Source of the DNA: a bacterium
GTDB taxonomy: Bacteria; JAAXHH01
Direction: 5' to 3'
Assembly (NCBI GenBank): GCA_965262815.1
Contig: OZ253560.1
Span: 2,313,158-2,377,157, forward strand
DNA: 64,000 nucleotides
Shown: positions 35,552-46,116 of the stretch, in pieces
Numbering within the stretch: the stretch's first letter is position 1
Layout of the letters: every line of letters begins with the position of its first letter
Notes under the pieces: generated by a model
The model's database searches: none
What the model was told of the DNA's origin: nothing
Seen by the model: only the letters and a program-made list of their open reading frames with translations
Program-made: the position numbers and the translations under genes

Positions 35552-38119
35552 ATGGGTGCTCCCATTCAACCTGATCTCACGCGGGTTCGAGCAGGCTGGC
35601 TGTTCAAGATGGCCTGGCGGGACAGCCGTACCTACCGACGGCGCCTGCTCCTTTACATGTCGTCCATTATACTGGGCACCGCCGCGCTCGTATCGATCCG
35701 CACCCTGGGCGATAGCATGCGGACCGCGATCGATCTGGAATCCAAGGCGCTGCTTGGCGCCGACCTGGATATAAACACCCGCAGGGCCTTTTCAGATTCG
35801 GCCAACGTCTTCCTGAGGAACCTGGGCGGTGAGCAGTCCCGCCAGGTCAGTTTCGCGTCCATGGTCGCCTTTCCGCGGTCGGAGTCGTCTCGCCTCGTTT
35901 CGGTCCGGGCTCTCGAGGGCGGCTTTCCCTACTATGGTGAACTGGAAACGGTCCCTTCCGGCGCCGCGCAGGCGTTCAGAACCCAGGGAACGGCCATCGT
36001 GGACGACAACCTGCTGATTCAGCACGGCGCGGAGGTCGGCGATTCGATACGAATAGGACTGAGGACGTTCGAGGTTTCCGGCCGGCTGATCAGCATACCG
36101 GGCGAAACCGCAGCCATGAGCGCCATAGGACCCCGCGTCTATATTCCCATGGCCGAGCTTGAGTCCACGGCGCTGATTCAACCCGGAAGCAGGGTGACCT
36201 ACCGCGCGCTTTTCAGGTTCGACGACGATGTCGACGTTCAGGAACTGGTGGATACCTTCGGCACGGACACGGCGGCCCGGTTCAACTGGGACTGGGACAC
36301 CGTTGAAGACCGTCAAGCCGGCCTTGAAAGATCCCTCGGCAATCTCTATCGGTTTCTCAATCTCAGCGGTTTTATTGCCCTGATCCTCGGCAGCGTGGGC
36401 GTTGCCAGCGCCATACATACCTACGTCAGGCGGAAACGAGGTACCATAGCCATATTGCGCTGCCTCGGCGCGGAAGGCCGCCACACTTTCTCCATTTACA
36501 TCATCCAGGCCGTATCCATCGGCGTAATCGGCTCCGCCATAGGTGCGGCCGCCGGATACCTCGTGCTCGGCATTCTACCGGCGCTGGTCCAGGATTTCGT
36601 TCCTTTCGACCTGGAAGTAAGGTTTACCTATATCCCCGTCCTGCAAGGCATGGGCCTTGGGCTGCTTATGGCGTTGCTCTTCGCCCTCCTTCCCCTTATG
36701 GCGATTAAAGACATCTCTCCACTGCTCACGTTGCGCTCGTCGGTCGAAACTTCCTCGCGGGGCAACAGGGATCCGTGGCGCCTTGCACTGATCGCCCTGC
36801 TGGTCACCGGGATCGTGTTATTTGCAGTCAGCCAGACCCGCGTATGGCACCAGGGCGTTGGATTCGCGGGCGGGCTGATCGGCGCCTTTCTCCTGTTGAG
36901 CCTCGTTGCCCGAAGTCTCATATCGCTGGCTCGGCGCATGTTGCCGGCGACCTGGCCCTATGTCTGGCGCCAGGGACTGGCCAATCTGTTCCGGCCGGAC
37001 AACCAGACCGTCACTATGGTTGTAGCCCTCGGACTGGGAGCCTTCCTGATCACGACACTGTACCTGTTGCAGTTTTCCCTGGTCGGACACATTACTCAGG
37101 TCGGTGGGGACAGGCAGTCCAACCTGGTCCTGTTCGACATCCAGCCCGACCAGCGGGGTGAAATCCTCGAATCGCTCCACCGTTACGAACTTCCTGTCAT
37201 GCAACAGACGGCCGTCGTAAGCATGCGACTGGCGGGATTGAAGGGACGGACCATAGCTGAAGTCATTCAGGATTCTACGGTACGGACTCAACGATGGGCG
37301 CTGCGGCGGGAATACCGTTCGACCTACCGGAGCCATCTTGAAGATGCGGAAACCCTCCTGGAAGGATCGTTGCAGTCCCGCGTTACGGACGGAAAGGACT
37401 CCGTGTATGTCTCCGTGGAGCAAGGCATAGCCAACCGGCTCGGCGTGGGTATCGGGGACGAAATCGTGTTCGACGTGCATGGCGTCCCGGTCAAGACCAC
37501 CGTGGGCAGCGTGAGAGCCGTCGACTGGCAGCGGGTGCAGCCCAACTTTTTCATGGTCTTTCCAGATGGTGTCCTCGAAGAAGCACCCCAGTTTCACGTG
37601 GTCGTGACCCGGATCGATGATCCGCAGACATCGGCGCGTTTTCAGCAGGAAACGGTGAGCCGGTTTCCCAACGTGTCCATGATCGACCTCAGCCTCATAC
37701 TGGGTACGCTGAACACCATCCTCGGGAAGGTATCCCTCATCGTCCGTTTCATGGCGCTTTTCAGCGTGTTCACAGGCGTAATCGTCCTGGTGGGTGTCGT
37801 GACGAACAGCCGGTACCAGCGGATGCAGGAAAGCGTGCTGCTGAAAACGCTCGGCGGTTCCAGGAAACAGATATTGAAGATCATGACGATCGAATACCTG
37901 CTCCTGGGCGCCATAGGCGCAATCACGGGCGTTGTATTGGCCTTTGCCGCCACATGGATACTGACCGTGTTCGTCTTCAATATCTCGTACGTACCGGTAT
38001 TTATCCCCGTTGCAGCCGTGATCGGCGGTATTTGTCTGATCACGATCCTGGTGGGCATGCTGGCCAGCGCCGGCATTTACCGCCAATCCCCGCTGGAAAT
38101 CCTTCGTGCGGAGATCTAG
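35552..38119 (+). CDS. FtsX-family ABC permease, duplicated (YbbP-like)
   Basis: 855 aa with two FtsX-type 4-TM modules, directly downstream of the ATPase. Confidence 0.85.
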   Translation: MGAPIQPDLTRVRAGWLFKMAWRDSRTYRRRLLLYMSSIILGTAALVSIRTLGDSMRTAIDLESKALLGADLDINTRRAFSDSANVFLRNLGGEQSRQVSFASMVAFPRSESSRLVSVRALEGGFPYYGELETVPSGAAQAFRTQGTAIVDDNLLIQHGAEVGDSIRIGLRTFEVSGRLISIPGETAAMSAIGPRVYIPMAELESTALIQPGSRVTYRALFRFDDDVDVQELVDTFGTDTAARFNWDWDTVEDRQAGLERSLGNLYRFLNLSGFIALILGSVGVASAIHTYVRRKRGTIAILRCLGAEGRHTFSIYIIQAVSIGVIGSAIGAAAGYLVLGILPALVQDFVPFDLEVRFTYIPVLQGMGLGLLMALLFALLPLMAIKDISPLLTLRSSVETSSRGNRDPWRLALIALLVTGIVLFAVSQTRVWHQGVGFAGGLIGAFLLLSLVARSLISLARRMLPATWPYVWRQGLANLFRPDNQTVTMVVALGLGAFLITTLYLLQFSLVGHITQVGGDRQSNLVLFDIQPDQRGEILESLHRYELPVMQQTAVVSMRLAGLKGRTIAEVIQDSTVRTQRWALRREYRSTYRSHLEDAETLLEGSLQSRVTDGKDSVYVSVEQGIANRLGVGIGDEIVFDVHGVPVKTTVGSVRAVDWQRVQPNFFMVFPDGVLEEAPQFHVVVTRIDDPQTSARFQQETVSRFPNVSMIDLSLILGTLNTILGKVSLIVRFMALFSVFTGVIVLVGVVTNSRYQRMQESVLLKTLGGSRKQILKIMTIEYLLLGAIGAITGVVLAFAATWILTVFVFNISYVPVFIPVAAVIGGICLITILVGMLASAGIYRQSPLEILRAEI

Positions 38120-38123
38120 CGTC

Positions 38124-38765
38124 CTACGGCCGCAGGTCCGCAAGGACTGGCTGAAGGATCTGCCATACGGTTTCCGCCATGATCGCGTGACCTTCCGCCG
38201 TCGGATGAATCCCGTCGGGCAGGTTCAAATCGGCTATGCCACCGACGCCTTCAAGTAAGAAGGGGATCAGCAGGGTGTTCTCCGACTCCGCCAGTTCCGG
38301 GTAGATCTCTTTAAAGGCCGTGGTGAAAACCGGCCCCAGATTCGGGGGAGCCTGCATGCCCGCGAGTATGATCTTAGTTACTGGATACCTCTCGCGCACA
38401 CGGCGGATCATAGCCCTCAGATTCCGCCGGGTGACGCGGGGATCGACACCACGCAGCCCGTCATTCCCGCCGAGTTCGAGGACAAAGACGTCCATCCTGT
38501 TCTGCAGCACCCAGTCTATGCGGCTCAACCCGCCTGCCGATGTCTCGCCGCCCACCCCTCCGTTGATCACCCTGAACGGCCAGTCGAGCTGGTCGATCTT
38601 CTCCTGGATCAGCCGGGGATAGGCCTTGTCGAGACCGATCCCGAAACCCGTCGTAAGGCTGTTGCCGTAGAAAATAACGGTCATAACAGTCCTGTCGTCG
38701 GTCGGGTTCTGCGGGATGTCCGGCGCCGTAATGGGAAGAAGCCAGATCAGCAGGGGAATAAGCAT
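38124..38765 (-). CDS. SGNH/GDSL-family esterase (TesA-like arylesterase)
   Basis: 213 aa with a signal-like N-terminus, block I FYGNSLT, GGND, and C-terminal DGIHP. Confidence 0.8.
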   Translation of the reverse strand: MLIPLLIWLLPITAPDIPQNPTDDRTVMTVIFYGNSLTTGFGIGLDKAYPRLIQEKIDQLDWPFRVINGGVGGETSAGGLSRIDWVLQNRMDVFVLELGGNDGLRGVDPRVTRRNLRAMIRRVRERYPVTKIILAGMQAPPNLGPVFTTAFKEIYPELAESENTLLIPFLLEGVGGIADLNLPDGIHPTAEGHAIMAETVWQILQPVLADLRP

Positions 38766-38903
38766 AGGCGTTTCACTCCAATGTCTGCCTTGACGATTAC
38801 GTTGATACGGGCGATTTCAAGTACAAACAAAATGTTCCCGTGTGCACAATCCAAACTTTAAAAAAATACCCGGGAAATCGCACAATATTACCGGTATAAT
38901 CGC

Positions 38904-38932
38904 TTGACGATTCACCACTCGCCATGTAGTAT
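38904..38932 (+). promoter_or_regulatory. Candidate sigma70 promoter for the SanA-like gene
   Basis: TTGACG-N17-TAGTAT in the AT-rich divergent region; TATGAT and TATAAT hexamers follow. Confidence 0.4.
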
Positions 38933-38994
38933 GATAGTATAATCCCAGACCTTCTTCTCTGAAAGACTCAATTCCCAAATTTCAGCCTGTTCCA

Positions 38995-39657
38995 ATGCGA
39001 AGCATACCTGCTTTTCGATACTTGCTGGTATTGACTAAAATCCTCACGGCCTTCGTCGTGATCGGAGTCTTCGCAACCGTAGTAAACGATCTCGCCATAA
39101 CGCGCAACGCTTCCTCCCGCCTGTACCACCTCGTCGACGAAACACCGGAGTGCCAGGTGGCTCTCGTGCTGGGTACATCGAAGTTCGCCAGTGGAAACGT
39201 CAACCGCTACTACAGGGCGCGCATCGAGGCCGCTTCGGAACTGTACCACGCCGGCCGCATCCGTGCCATACTGGTGAGTGGAGACGCTTCCACGCGCTAC
39301 TACGACGAGACGACGGCGATGCAGCGCGACCTGATCGACCTGGGTGTTCCAGAAGATTACATCATGCTCGACTACGCCGGTGTACGGACCCTGGATTCCG
39401 TTTTCCGGGCGAAGAAGGTTTTCGGCCTGGAACGGGTAATTGTCGTTTCACAACAGTTTCACTGTGAACGGGCTCTCTACCTCGCGGATGCAGTCGGTCT
39501 CGCCGCAACGGGATTCTGTGCTGAAGACACCCCGTTCTCCCGATCCCTGGCTGTCCGCGGCCGTGAATCGCTGGCCCGGGTAATGGCCTTCATCGACCTG
39601 TACATATTCGACACCCAGCCGCGCTCCCTGGATCAGGGTGAAAGAGCCAGCCGATGA
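38995..39657 (+). CDS. SanA/YdcF (DUF218) family protein
   Basis: 220 aa with an N-terminal TM segment and ...VALVLGTSK...RIEAA.ELY..G....ILVSGD...YDE...M...L...GVP. Confidence 0.8.
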   Translation: MRSIPAFRYLLVLTKILTAFVVIGVFATVVNDLAITRNASSRLYHLVDETPECQVALVLGTSKFASGNVNRYYRARIEAASELYHAGRIRAILVSGDASTRYYDETTAMQRDLIDLGVPEDYIMLDYAGVRTLDSVFRAKKVFGLERVIVVSQQFHCERALYLADAVGLAATGFCAEDTPFSRSLAVRGRESLARVMAFIDLYIFDTQPRSLDQGERASR

Positions 39658-39788
39658 TGCTCGTGGACGCTTCACGAGCTTGACTTTCCTCTTGTCCTGC
39701 CCTCCCCCTCCGTATACATTCCGGTTTTCATGTTTGCCGTCCATGCAACTCGTATTCTTGCCACTGCCCGAAATGAAGAGGTAAGGGT

Positions 39789-41057
39789 TTGCATTTCGAC
39801 ACTTCGCTCGAACGGGCGCGGAACCTGGACCGAAACGATGACCTGAGTGGGTACCGGGATCGCTTTCTGATCGACGAACCCAAGCTTATTTACCTGGACG
39901 GCAATTCCCTCGGACGGGTACCGAAGGACTCCATCGCCTTGATGGATCGGATCGTCAAGCACCAGTGGGGCAACCGCTTGATCCGGGCCTGGAATGACGA
40001 GTGGATGGGACTTTCCAGGCGTATCGGGGCCAAGGTGGCGAGTCTTATCGGCGCCCTCCCTGACGAAGTTATCATCGCGGATTCGACTTCCGTAAACCTG
40101 TTCAAGTTGATTGCCGGTGCGCTGAAAGAGCGTCCGGGACGTCGAAAAATAGTAACCGACAGCATCAATTTCCCTTCCGACATCTATATCCTGAAAGCCG
40201 TCGCCGACATGATCGATCCGGCGTACGAGATGGTCGTGCTACCCGTCGATAATGGCTTCGCCGTGTCCGAGGAGGCCCTGGAGCGGACCATAAACGATGA
40301 TACGGCCCTGGTACTTCTGTCGCACGTCATGTACAAGTCCAGTTACAAGTACGACATGGAGCGGATCACGGAAATCGCCCACCGTCGCGACGCGATGATC
40401 CTGTGGGACCTGAGCCATTCGGCCGGGGTCGTACCGATGACGTGCCACGACCTGGGAGTCGACCTGGCTGTGGGTTCCACGTACAAGTACTTGAACGGCG
40501 GACCGGGCGCCCCGGCGTTTCTTTACGTCCGGGATGACCTGCAATCCCGGTTGATCAACCCCATTTCAGGATGGTTCGGTCACAAGAAACAGTTCTTTTT
40601 CGATACCGAATTCGAACCGGCCGCGGGCATAGACCGTTATCTCACGGGCACGCCGTCCATCCTGTCCCTGGCCATGATCGAACCCGGCGTGGACCTCACC
40701 CTCGAAGCCGGCATGGGTCCCATACGCGCCAAGTCGCAAAAGCAGTCCGAGTACCTGGTTTCCCTCTGGGAGAAAGAACTGGCTTCGCTGGGATTTACGC
40801 TGAATTCTCCACTAAACGGCGCCCGCCGAGGATCGCATGTCTCCTTCGGTCATACCGAGGGATATCGCATCGACCAGGCGATCCGGGAGGAGCAACAGGT
40901 TATTTCCGATTTCCGCATGCCTGACAACATACGCCTGGGCATCGCTCCGCTGTACACCACTTACGAGGAGCTGCACACCGCCGTACGTGCTCTCCGGGAG
41001 GTCGTGCATTCCGGATCCTACCAGCAGTACAGCGATGTCATCCGCGGAGTGACCTGA
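39789..41057 (+). CDS. kynU: Kynureninase (class V aminotransferase fold)
   Basis: 422 aa with YLDGNSLG, WDLSHSAG and GSTYKYLNGGPGAP. TTG start with SD GAGGT. Confidence 0.8.
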   Translation: MHFDTSLERARNLDRNDDLSGYRDRFLIDEPKLIYLDGNSLGRVPKDSIALMDRIVKHQWGNRLIRAWNDEWMGLSRRIGAKVASLIGALPDEVIIADSTSVNLFKLIAGALKERPGRRKIVTDSINFPSDIYILKAVADMIDPAYEMVVLPVDNGFAVSEEALERTINDDTALVLLSHVMYKSSYKYDMERITEIAHRRDAMILWDLSHSAGVVPMTCHDLGVDLAVGSTYKYLNGGPGAPAFLYVRDDLQSRLINPISGWFGHKKQFFFDTEFEPAAGIDRYLTGTPSILSLAMIEPGVDLTLEAGMGPIRAKSQKQSEYLVSLWEKELASLGFTLNSPLNGARRGSHVSFGHTEGYRIDQAIREEQQVISDFRMPDNIRLGIAPLYTTYEELHTAVRALREVVHSGSYQQYSDVIRGVT

Positions 41058-41059
41058 CG

Positions 41060-42223
41060 ATGGCCCGACCCGTTCAGATCAATATCCCTTCCATCATCAT
41101 CACGGGCGCGGGCGCATTCGACGAAGCGGGCCGCCAGGCCGCGCACACCGGAATGAAAAGGGTGCTGATCGTCTCGGATTCCTACCTGGTGGAACAGGGC
41201 CTGCCGGGCAGCATCGCGGACCAATGCGGGCAGGCGGATATCGAAACTTGTGTCTACGGCGGCGTGACACCGGATCCCACGGATTTGAACGTGGAGGAAG
41301 GACTTGCGATACTGCATGAAAACGACTGCGACGGTGTCATCGCGGTCGGCGGCGGAAGCAGCATCGACGCCGGAAAGGGCATCGCGGTCATGGCCACCAA
41401 TGACGGCCCATTGTCCGAGTATGCCGGTTACCACCGGATACCCAGGGCCGGCCTACCGTTGTTCGCCATTCCCACGACAGCCGGCACGGGCAGCGAAATG
41501 TCCCGCGTTACCGTCCTAACGGACACCCGTCGAAATGTGAAGATGATGATGCTGGACGCACACCTTCTGCCCACGGCAGCCTTCGTCGACTATACACTGA
41601 CCCTGTCCATGCCCCGGCCACTGACGGCCAACGTGGGCGTGGACACCCTGACACACGGGATCGAAGCTTACGTTTCACGCAAGGCGGGCACGATTACGGA
41701 CGCGCTCGCCCTTTCCTGCGTCGAACTTGTCGGCAAGCACCTGGTGCAGGCCTGGAAATCCCCAGACGACCACGGAGCCCGCAAGGGCATGATGGATGCG
41801 GCGTCCCTGGGCGGCATGGCCTTCGCCAACAGCTCCGTTTGCCTGGTGCACGGCATGAGCAGGCCCCTCGGCGCGGTCTTCCATCTACCCCATGGCCTGA
41901 GCAACTCGGTCCTGCTGCCGGCCGTCACCCGTTTCAGCGTTACGGCGGCGCCCGAACGGTACGCCGTCCTTGCCCGGAAACTCGAGTGGGCCGGAGAGGG
42001 GGACGATGCGTCAAAGGCCTGTGAGAAGCTCATTGATGGTCTGCAGAAACTGAATGATACCGTCGAAATACCCGGACTGCGGGACTGCGGCATATCGAAA
42101 ACGGCATTAACCGACGCACTGGACAAAATGGCCTCGGACGCGCTCGATTCGGGCAGTCCACAGAACAATCCCCGCATTCCCACGGCGGAAGAAATCAAAT
42201 CGCTGTACCTGGAAGCATACTGA
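41060..42223 (+). CDS. Iron-containing (group III) alcohol dehydrogenase
   Basis: 387 aa with GGGSSIDAGK and the His-rich metal site (THGIEAY, VHGMSRPLGAVFHLPHG). Confidence 0.85.
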   Translation: MARPVQINIPSIIITGAGAFDEAGRQAAHTGMKRVLIVSDSYLVEQGLPGSIADQCGQADIETCVYGGVTPDPTDLNVEEGLAILHENDCDGVIAVGGGSSIDAGKGIAVMATNDGPLSEYAGYHRIPRAGLPLFAIPTTAGTGSEMSRVTVLTDTRRNVKMMMLDAHLLPTAAFVDYTLTLSMPRPLTANVGVDTLTHGIEAYVSRKAGTITDALALSCVELVGKHLVQAWKSPDDHGARKGMMDAASLGGMAFANSSVCLVHGMSRPLGAVFHLPHGLSNSVLLPAVTRFSVTAAPERYAVLARKLEWAGEGDDASKACEKLIDGLQKLNDTVEIPGLRDCGISKTALTDALDKMASDALDSGSPQNNPRIPTAEEIKSLYLEAY

Positions 42224-42232
42224 GGTAGCGTC

Positions 42233-43027
42233 ATGGAATACAATACGCTGCTTATCGGCGGCAGGGGAACGATTGGGTCCGGGCTACGGCTATATCTGCC
42301 GGAGATGGACGCCAGGTACAGGTTCTGTTCCATCGACCTGCCCGGAGCACCCGACAGGGCCGGAGGCCGCGGCGATGCTGGCGAGTTCATTGATTTGAAC
42401 ATCGTAGAAGAACCTGAAAGATTCAAGGAACTGTTGCCCGGTTTCGATCTAATCGTCTACCTGGCCAGGCATTCCGACTACGCCGCAATGGAAAAGATGA
42501 CGGACCTGGTGTTCGAATCGATCCTGGCGCTGGAACGCAGGCCGATGATCGTGGGCTCTAGTTCGGTACACGCGGTCGACAGCGCCTATCGCTTTTTCGA
42601 GACGGGTACGTACGCCCTGATCGCGGAACGCGATTTCGAGGCGATTGAGTGCTGGCCTTCACCGATCTCCGCGCAAATGCCCGCTTGCCCGATCAACGAC
42701 TACGGCCGTGAAAAGGCTTATGTCGAGGTGTGGGTGGAACGGGCGGCGCGACAGGGCTGCGGCGCGCTGGCTACCCGCTGGGGTGGCGTGAACCCGGAAA
42801 ACACGCCCATTGTGGAAGAACGCGGATATTTCGCCGTCTGGTGCCATCAGCAGGACGCGGCGGCCATGGTCCAAGCCGCATACACGGCATATCGGGAAGA
42901 CCGCCTGCCGCTCGCGCGGCACTACTTCGTCATTTCAGACAACACCTACAACATTTTCGATATACAGACACCGAAGGATGAGATAGGATACCTTCCCCGG
43001 CACAATGCCGAGACATTCTACCGTTGA
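42233..43027 (+). CDS. NAD(P)-binding Rossmann-fold protein (epimerase/dehydratase-like), divergent
   Basis: 264 aa with an N-terminal LLIGGRGTIGSGL glycine-rich loop. Confidence 0.5.
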   Translation: MEYNTLLIGGRGTIGSGLRLYLPEMDARYRFCSIDLPGAPDRAGGRGDAGEFIDLNIVEEPERFKELLPGFDLIVYLARHSDYAAMEKMTDLVFESILALERRPMIVGSSSVHAVDSAYRFFETGTYALIAERDFEAIECWPSPISAQMPACPINDYGREKAYVEVWVERAARQGCGALATRWGGVNPENTPIVEERGYFAVWCHQQDAAAMVQAAYTAYREDRLPLARHYFVISDNTYNIFDIQTPKDEIGYLPRHNAETFYR

Positions 43028-43058
43028 TCATCAACTGAGCGGAGTGGAAACGAAGACC

Positions 43059-44702
43059 ATGCGATACGATCCCTATGAATACCGCGGCTCGCGGCGCTCG
43101 GTCGTCATGGCGCCCAGGGGCATGGTGGCCACGAGTCAGCCGCTTGCCGCCCAGGCTGGCATCGATATCCTGAAAAGGGGCGGCAACGCCATCGACGCGG
43201 CCATTGCCGTCAACGCGGCTCTAGGCGTGGTGGAACCCATGTCCTGTGGTATCGGCGGCGACCTGTTCGCCATCGTGTGGAAGGCGGACAGCAGTGCGCT
43301 GACCGGCCTCAATGCCAGCGGCAGAGCACCTTACGCGGCGACCATCGAGCACTATACCGGGCTGGGCCATGACTACGTACCCGACACCGGACCGCTGAAC
43401 TGGTCCGTGCCAGGATGCGTCGACGGATGGGCATGCCTGCTCGAACGCTTCGGAACGATGTCGCTGGAACAGGTACTGGAACCGGCCATCGCATACGCGG
43501 AAGGCGGGTTTCCCGTTTCGGACATCATAGCGCGGGACTGGGCGGGCTCCGTGCGACTGCTGAGTCCGTGGCCCGAGTCCGTCCGGGTCTACCTGCCCGG
43601 CGGACAGGCTCCGAAACCCGGCGCTGTGTTCAGGAATCCGGACCTGGCCCGTTCCTATCGTATCCTGGCCGATGGCGGCCGGGACGCGTTCTACCGCGGT
43701 GAAATCGCCGAAGCCATTGTTTCCTGTTCACGGGAAATCGGCGGGTTGTTCAGCCAGGAAGACTTCCGGGATCATATTTCGACCTGGGACGATCCCGTGT
43801 GCGCCGACTACCGGGGTCATACGGTCTGGGAACTGCCGCCGAGCGGACAGGGTATCGCCGCCCTTCAGATGCTGAACATCCTGGAAGGCTACGACCTCGC
43901 CGAATCGGGCTGCCAGTCAGCGGAAACACTGCACCTGCAGATCGAAGCGAAGAAACTCGCCTACGCCGACCGCGCCGTGTTCTACGCCGACCCCGCCTTC
44001 GCGGACGTGCCCGTTGAATCCCTGCTGTCCAAGGAATACGCCGAGCGGCAGCGCGGCCGGATAGATCCGGATCGCGCGGCTATCGACGTCCCAGCCGGCG
44101 ATCCCATCCTTCTGCACGGGGATACGGCCTACATGACAGTCGTCGACGAAGAGCGCAACGCCGTTTCGTTCATCCAGAGCATCTTCCGGGGATTCGGCTC
44201 GGGTATCGTCCCAGACCGCACGGGGTTTCCGATCCAGAACAGGGGACAGCTCTTTGCCCTGAATCCCGCCCACCGAAACGCCCTCGCTCCCCATAAGAGG
44301 CCCTTCCATACCATCATCCCGGCCATGGTGACCAGGAACGGGCAGCCCTGGCTCACCTTCGGCCTGATGGGCGGCGCCATGCAGCCGCAGGGACATGCCC
44401 AGGTCCTATGCAACATGATCGACTTCGGCATGGACGTGCAGGAGGCGGGCGACTCCCCGCGATTCCAGCACTTCGGTTCGGCCGAACCCACGGGCACGCC
44501 CATGGATGCTGGCGGAGGCCGGGTCACCGTGGAAGACGGCATCGGCGAAGATACCTTCAGGCGTCTCGCAGAAAAAGGCCACCGTTTGACCCGCTCCTCC
44601 CACGGATACGGCGGTTACCAGGCGATCCGCATAGACCCGGAAACGGGCATGCTGCACGGCGCGTCGGAACCTCGCAAGGACGGATGCGCAATCGGGTACT
44701 GA
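43059..44702 (+). CDS. ggt: Gamma-glutamyltransferase family protein (no obvious signal peptide)
   Basis: The track ORF starts at 43005; ATG 43059 has SD GGAG. The Ntn-hydrolase Thr motif GDTAYMTVVD and FGSG are present. Confidence 0.85.
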   Translation: MRYDPYEYRGSRRSVVMAPRGMVATSQPLAAQAGIDILKRGGNAIDAAIAVNAALGVVEPMSCGIGGDLFAIVWKADSSALTGLNASGRAPYAATIEHYTGLGHDYVPDTGPLNWSVPGCVDGWACLLERFGTMSLEQVLEPAIAYAEGGFPVSDIIARDWAGSVRLLSPWPESVRVYLPGGQAPKPGAVFRNPDLARSYRILADGGRDAFYRGEIAEAIVSCSREIGGLFSQEDFRDHISTWDDPVCADYRGHTVWELPPSGQGIAALQMLNILEGYDLAESGCQSAETLHLQIEAKKLAYADRAVFYADPAFADVPVESLLSKEYAERQRGRIDPDRAAIDVPAGDPILLHGDTAYMTVVDEERNAVSFIQSIFRGFGSGIVPDRTGFPIQNRGQLFALNPAHRNALAPHKRPFHTIIPAMVTRNGQPWLTFGLMGGAMQPQGHAQVLCNMIDFGMDVQEAGDSPRFQHFGSAEPTGTPMDAGGGRVTVEDGIGEDTFRRLAEKGHRLTRSSHGYGGYQAIRIDPETGMLHGASEPRKDGCAIGY

Positions 44703-44802
44703 AGGAAAGTTTCTGCAGGAAGTATTAAGTCCGTGCATCCCGCCAGGCATCCTGCCGCCTGCCAACCCATCCAAGTAACTGTACTTGATCCACCCGCTGA
44801 AC

Positions 44803-46116
44803 CTAGCGCAGGCTTGGCAGCCACGTTGTGAGGTGCGGCACGTAGACCAGCAGTCCCAGGCAGATAAGCTGGATCACGATAAAGGGCAGAATACCCCGGT
44901 AGATATGCCGGGTCTGCACTTCGGGCGGGGCCACGCCTTTCAGATAGAACAGGGAGAAGCCGAAGGGCGGCGTAAGGAAGGAAGTCTGCAGGTTTACGGC
45001 GATCAGGATGCCGACCCACAGAAGATCGACCCCGAATGCGATGAAGATGGGCGCAACGACCGGCACGATGATGTAGGTGATCTGGATGAAATCGATGAAG
45101 AAACCGGCGATGAAAATCATGACCAGGACCAGGGCCATGAAGGCATAGGTACTCAGGTTCGCGTCCATGATCAGCCGAGTCATGTACGTGTCGCCCTTCA
45201 TCCCCCGAAACACCAGTCCAAAGGCTTCGGCGCCTACCAGCACGAAGAAGACCATGCACGTGATAAACGTGCATTCCTTCATGACCGCCTTCAGCGTTTT
45301 ATAGGTAAACTTACCCTGGCAGGCAGTAAGCAGCGTCGCGCCCAGCGCGCCAACGGCCGCCGCTTCCGTCGGCGAGGTGACGCCAGCGAAGATGGATCCC
45401 AGCACGACGGTCATCAGGCCCAGGGGAAGCAGGAAGGCCTTGAAGATCTTCCCGTACATCCCGCGGCCACGGAACGCGGCAAGTTCATCGGCCGGCATGG
45501 CCGGGGCTTCATTCGGTCTGAAAAGCGCGACGATGGCGATCCACACCAGGTACAAGCCCACGAGGATTGCTCCGGGTATGACGGCGCCGATGAACATGTC
45601 GCCGACCGACACGTTGAGGATACTCCCGAGCAGCACCAGTACCACGCTGGGCGGGATGATCTGTCCGAGGGTACCGGACGCGGCGATCGTCCCCGTGGCC
45701 ATGGGAGGACTGTACCCCCGCCTCAGCATCGTCGGCAGGCTGAGCAGACCCATGGTCACGACCGTCGCCCCCACTATACCCGTAGACGCGCCGAGCAGGG
45801 CGCCCACGATAACGACCGAAACCGCGAGCCCACCCCGCAGGCGGCCGAATAGGAGGGCCATGGTCTCCAGCATGTCCTCGGCCAACCCGGATTTTTCCAG
45901 CATGACGCCCATGTAGACAAACAGGGGCACTGCCAGCAGGACGTAATTCGTCATGACGCCCCAGATACGCAGGGGAAGCAGGTTGAAGAAATCGGCGCCG
46001 AAGGTCATCAGCCCCAGCAGTACGGACACGCCGCCGAGCGTGAAGGCGACCGGGTATCCCATCAATAGCAGCAGGAACAGGACCAGGAACAGGATGAGGG
46101 GCATGGCTTCAATCAA
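44803..46116 (-). CDS. dctM: TRAP transporter large permease
   Basis: 437 aa, polytopic, with the typical DctM N-terminus ...LLLMGYPVAFTLG... Confidence 0.85.
   Translation of the reverse strand: MIEAMPLILFLVLFLLLLMGYPVAFTLGGVSVLLGLMTFGADFFNLLPLRIWGVMTNYVLLAVPLFVYMGVMLEKSGLAEDMLETMALLFGRLRGGLAVSVVIVGALLGASTGIVGATVVTMGLLSLPTMLRRGYSPPMATGTIAASGTLGQIIPPSVVLVLLGSILNVSVGDMFIGAVIPGAILVGLYLVWIAIVALFRPNEAPAMPADELAAFRGRGMYGKIFKAFLLPLGLMTVVLGSIFAGVTSPTEAAAVGALGATLLTACQGKFTYKTLKAVMKECTFITCMVFFVLVGAEAFGLVFRGMKGDTYMTRLIMDANLSTYAFMALVLVMIFIAGFFIDFIQITYIIVPVVAPIFIAFGVDLLWVGILIAVNLQTSFLTPPFGFSLFYLKGVAPPEVQTRHIYRGILPFIVIQLICLGLLVYVPHLTTWLPSLR

Noticed and set aside
36818-38143. 441-aa minus-strand ORF
   Set aside because: It is antisense to the FtsX-type permease (two clear 4-TM modules on the + strand). 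The translation is low-complexity (H/R/G/D/Q-rich).
38124-38765. TesA-like esterase block I reading GNSL rather than GDSL, as a sign of inactivation
   Set aside because: The nucleophilic Ser and the C-terminal DxxH (DGIHP) are present. The Asp of block I is not catalytic, so this is not a meaningful defect.
44785-45852. 355-aa + strand ORF
   Set aside because: It is antisense to dctM. The product is extremely Arg/Asp/His/Gly-rich with no TM segments or motifs, so this is a GC-skewed open frame.
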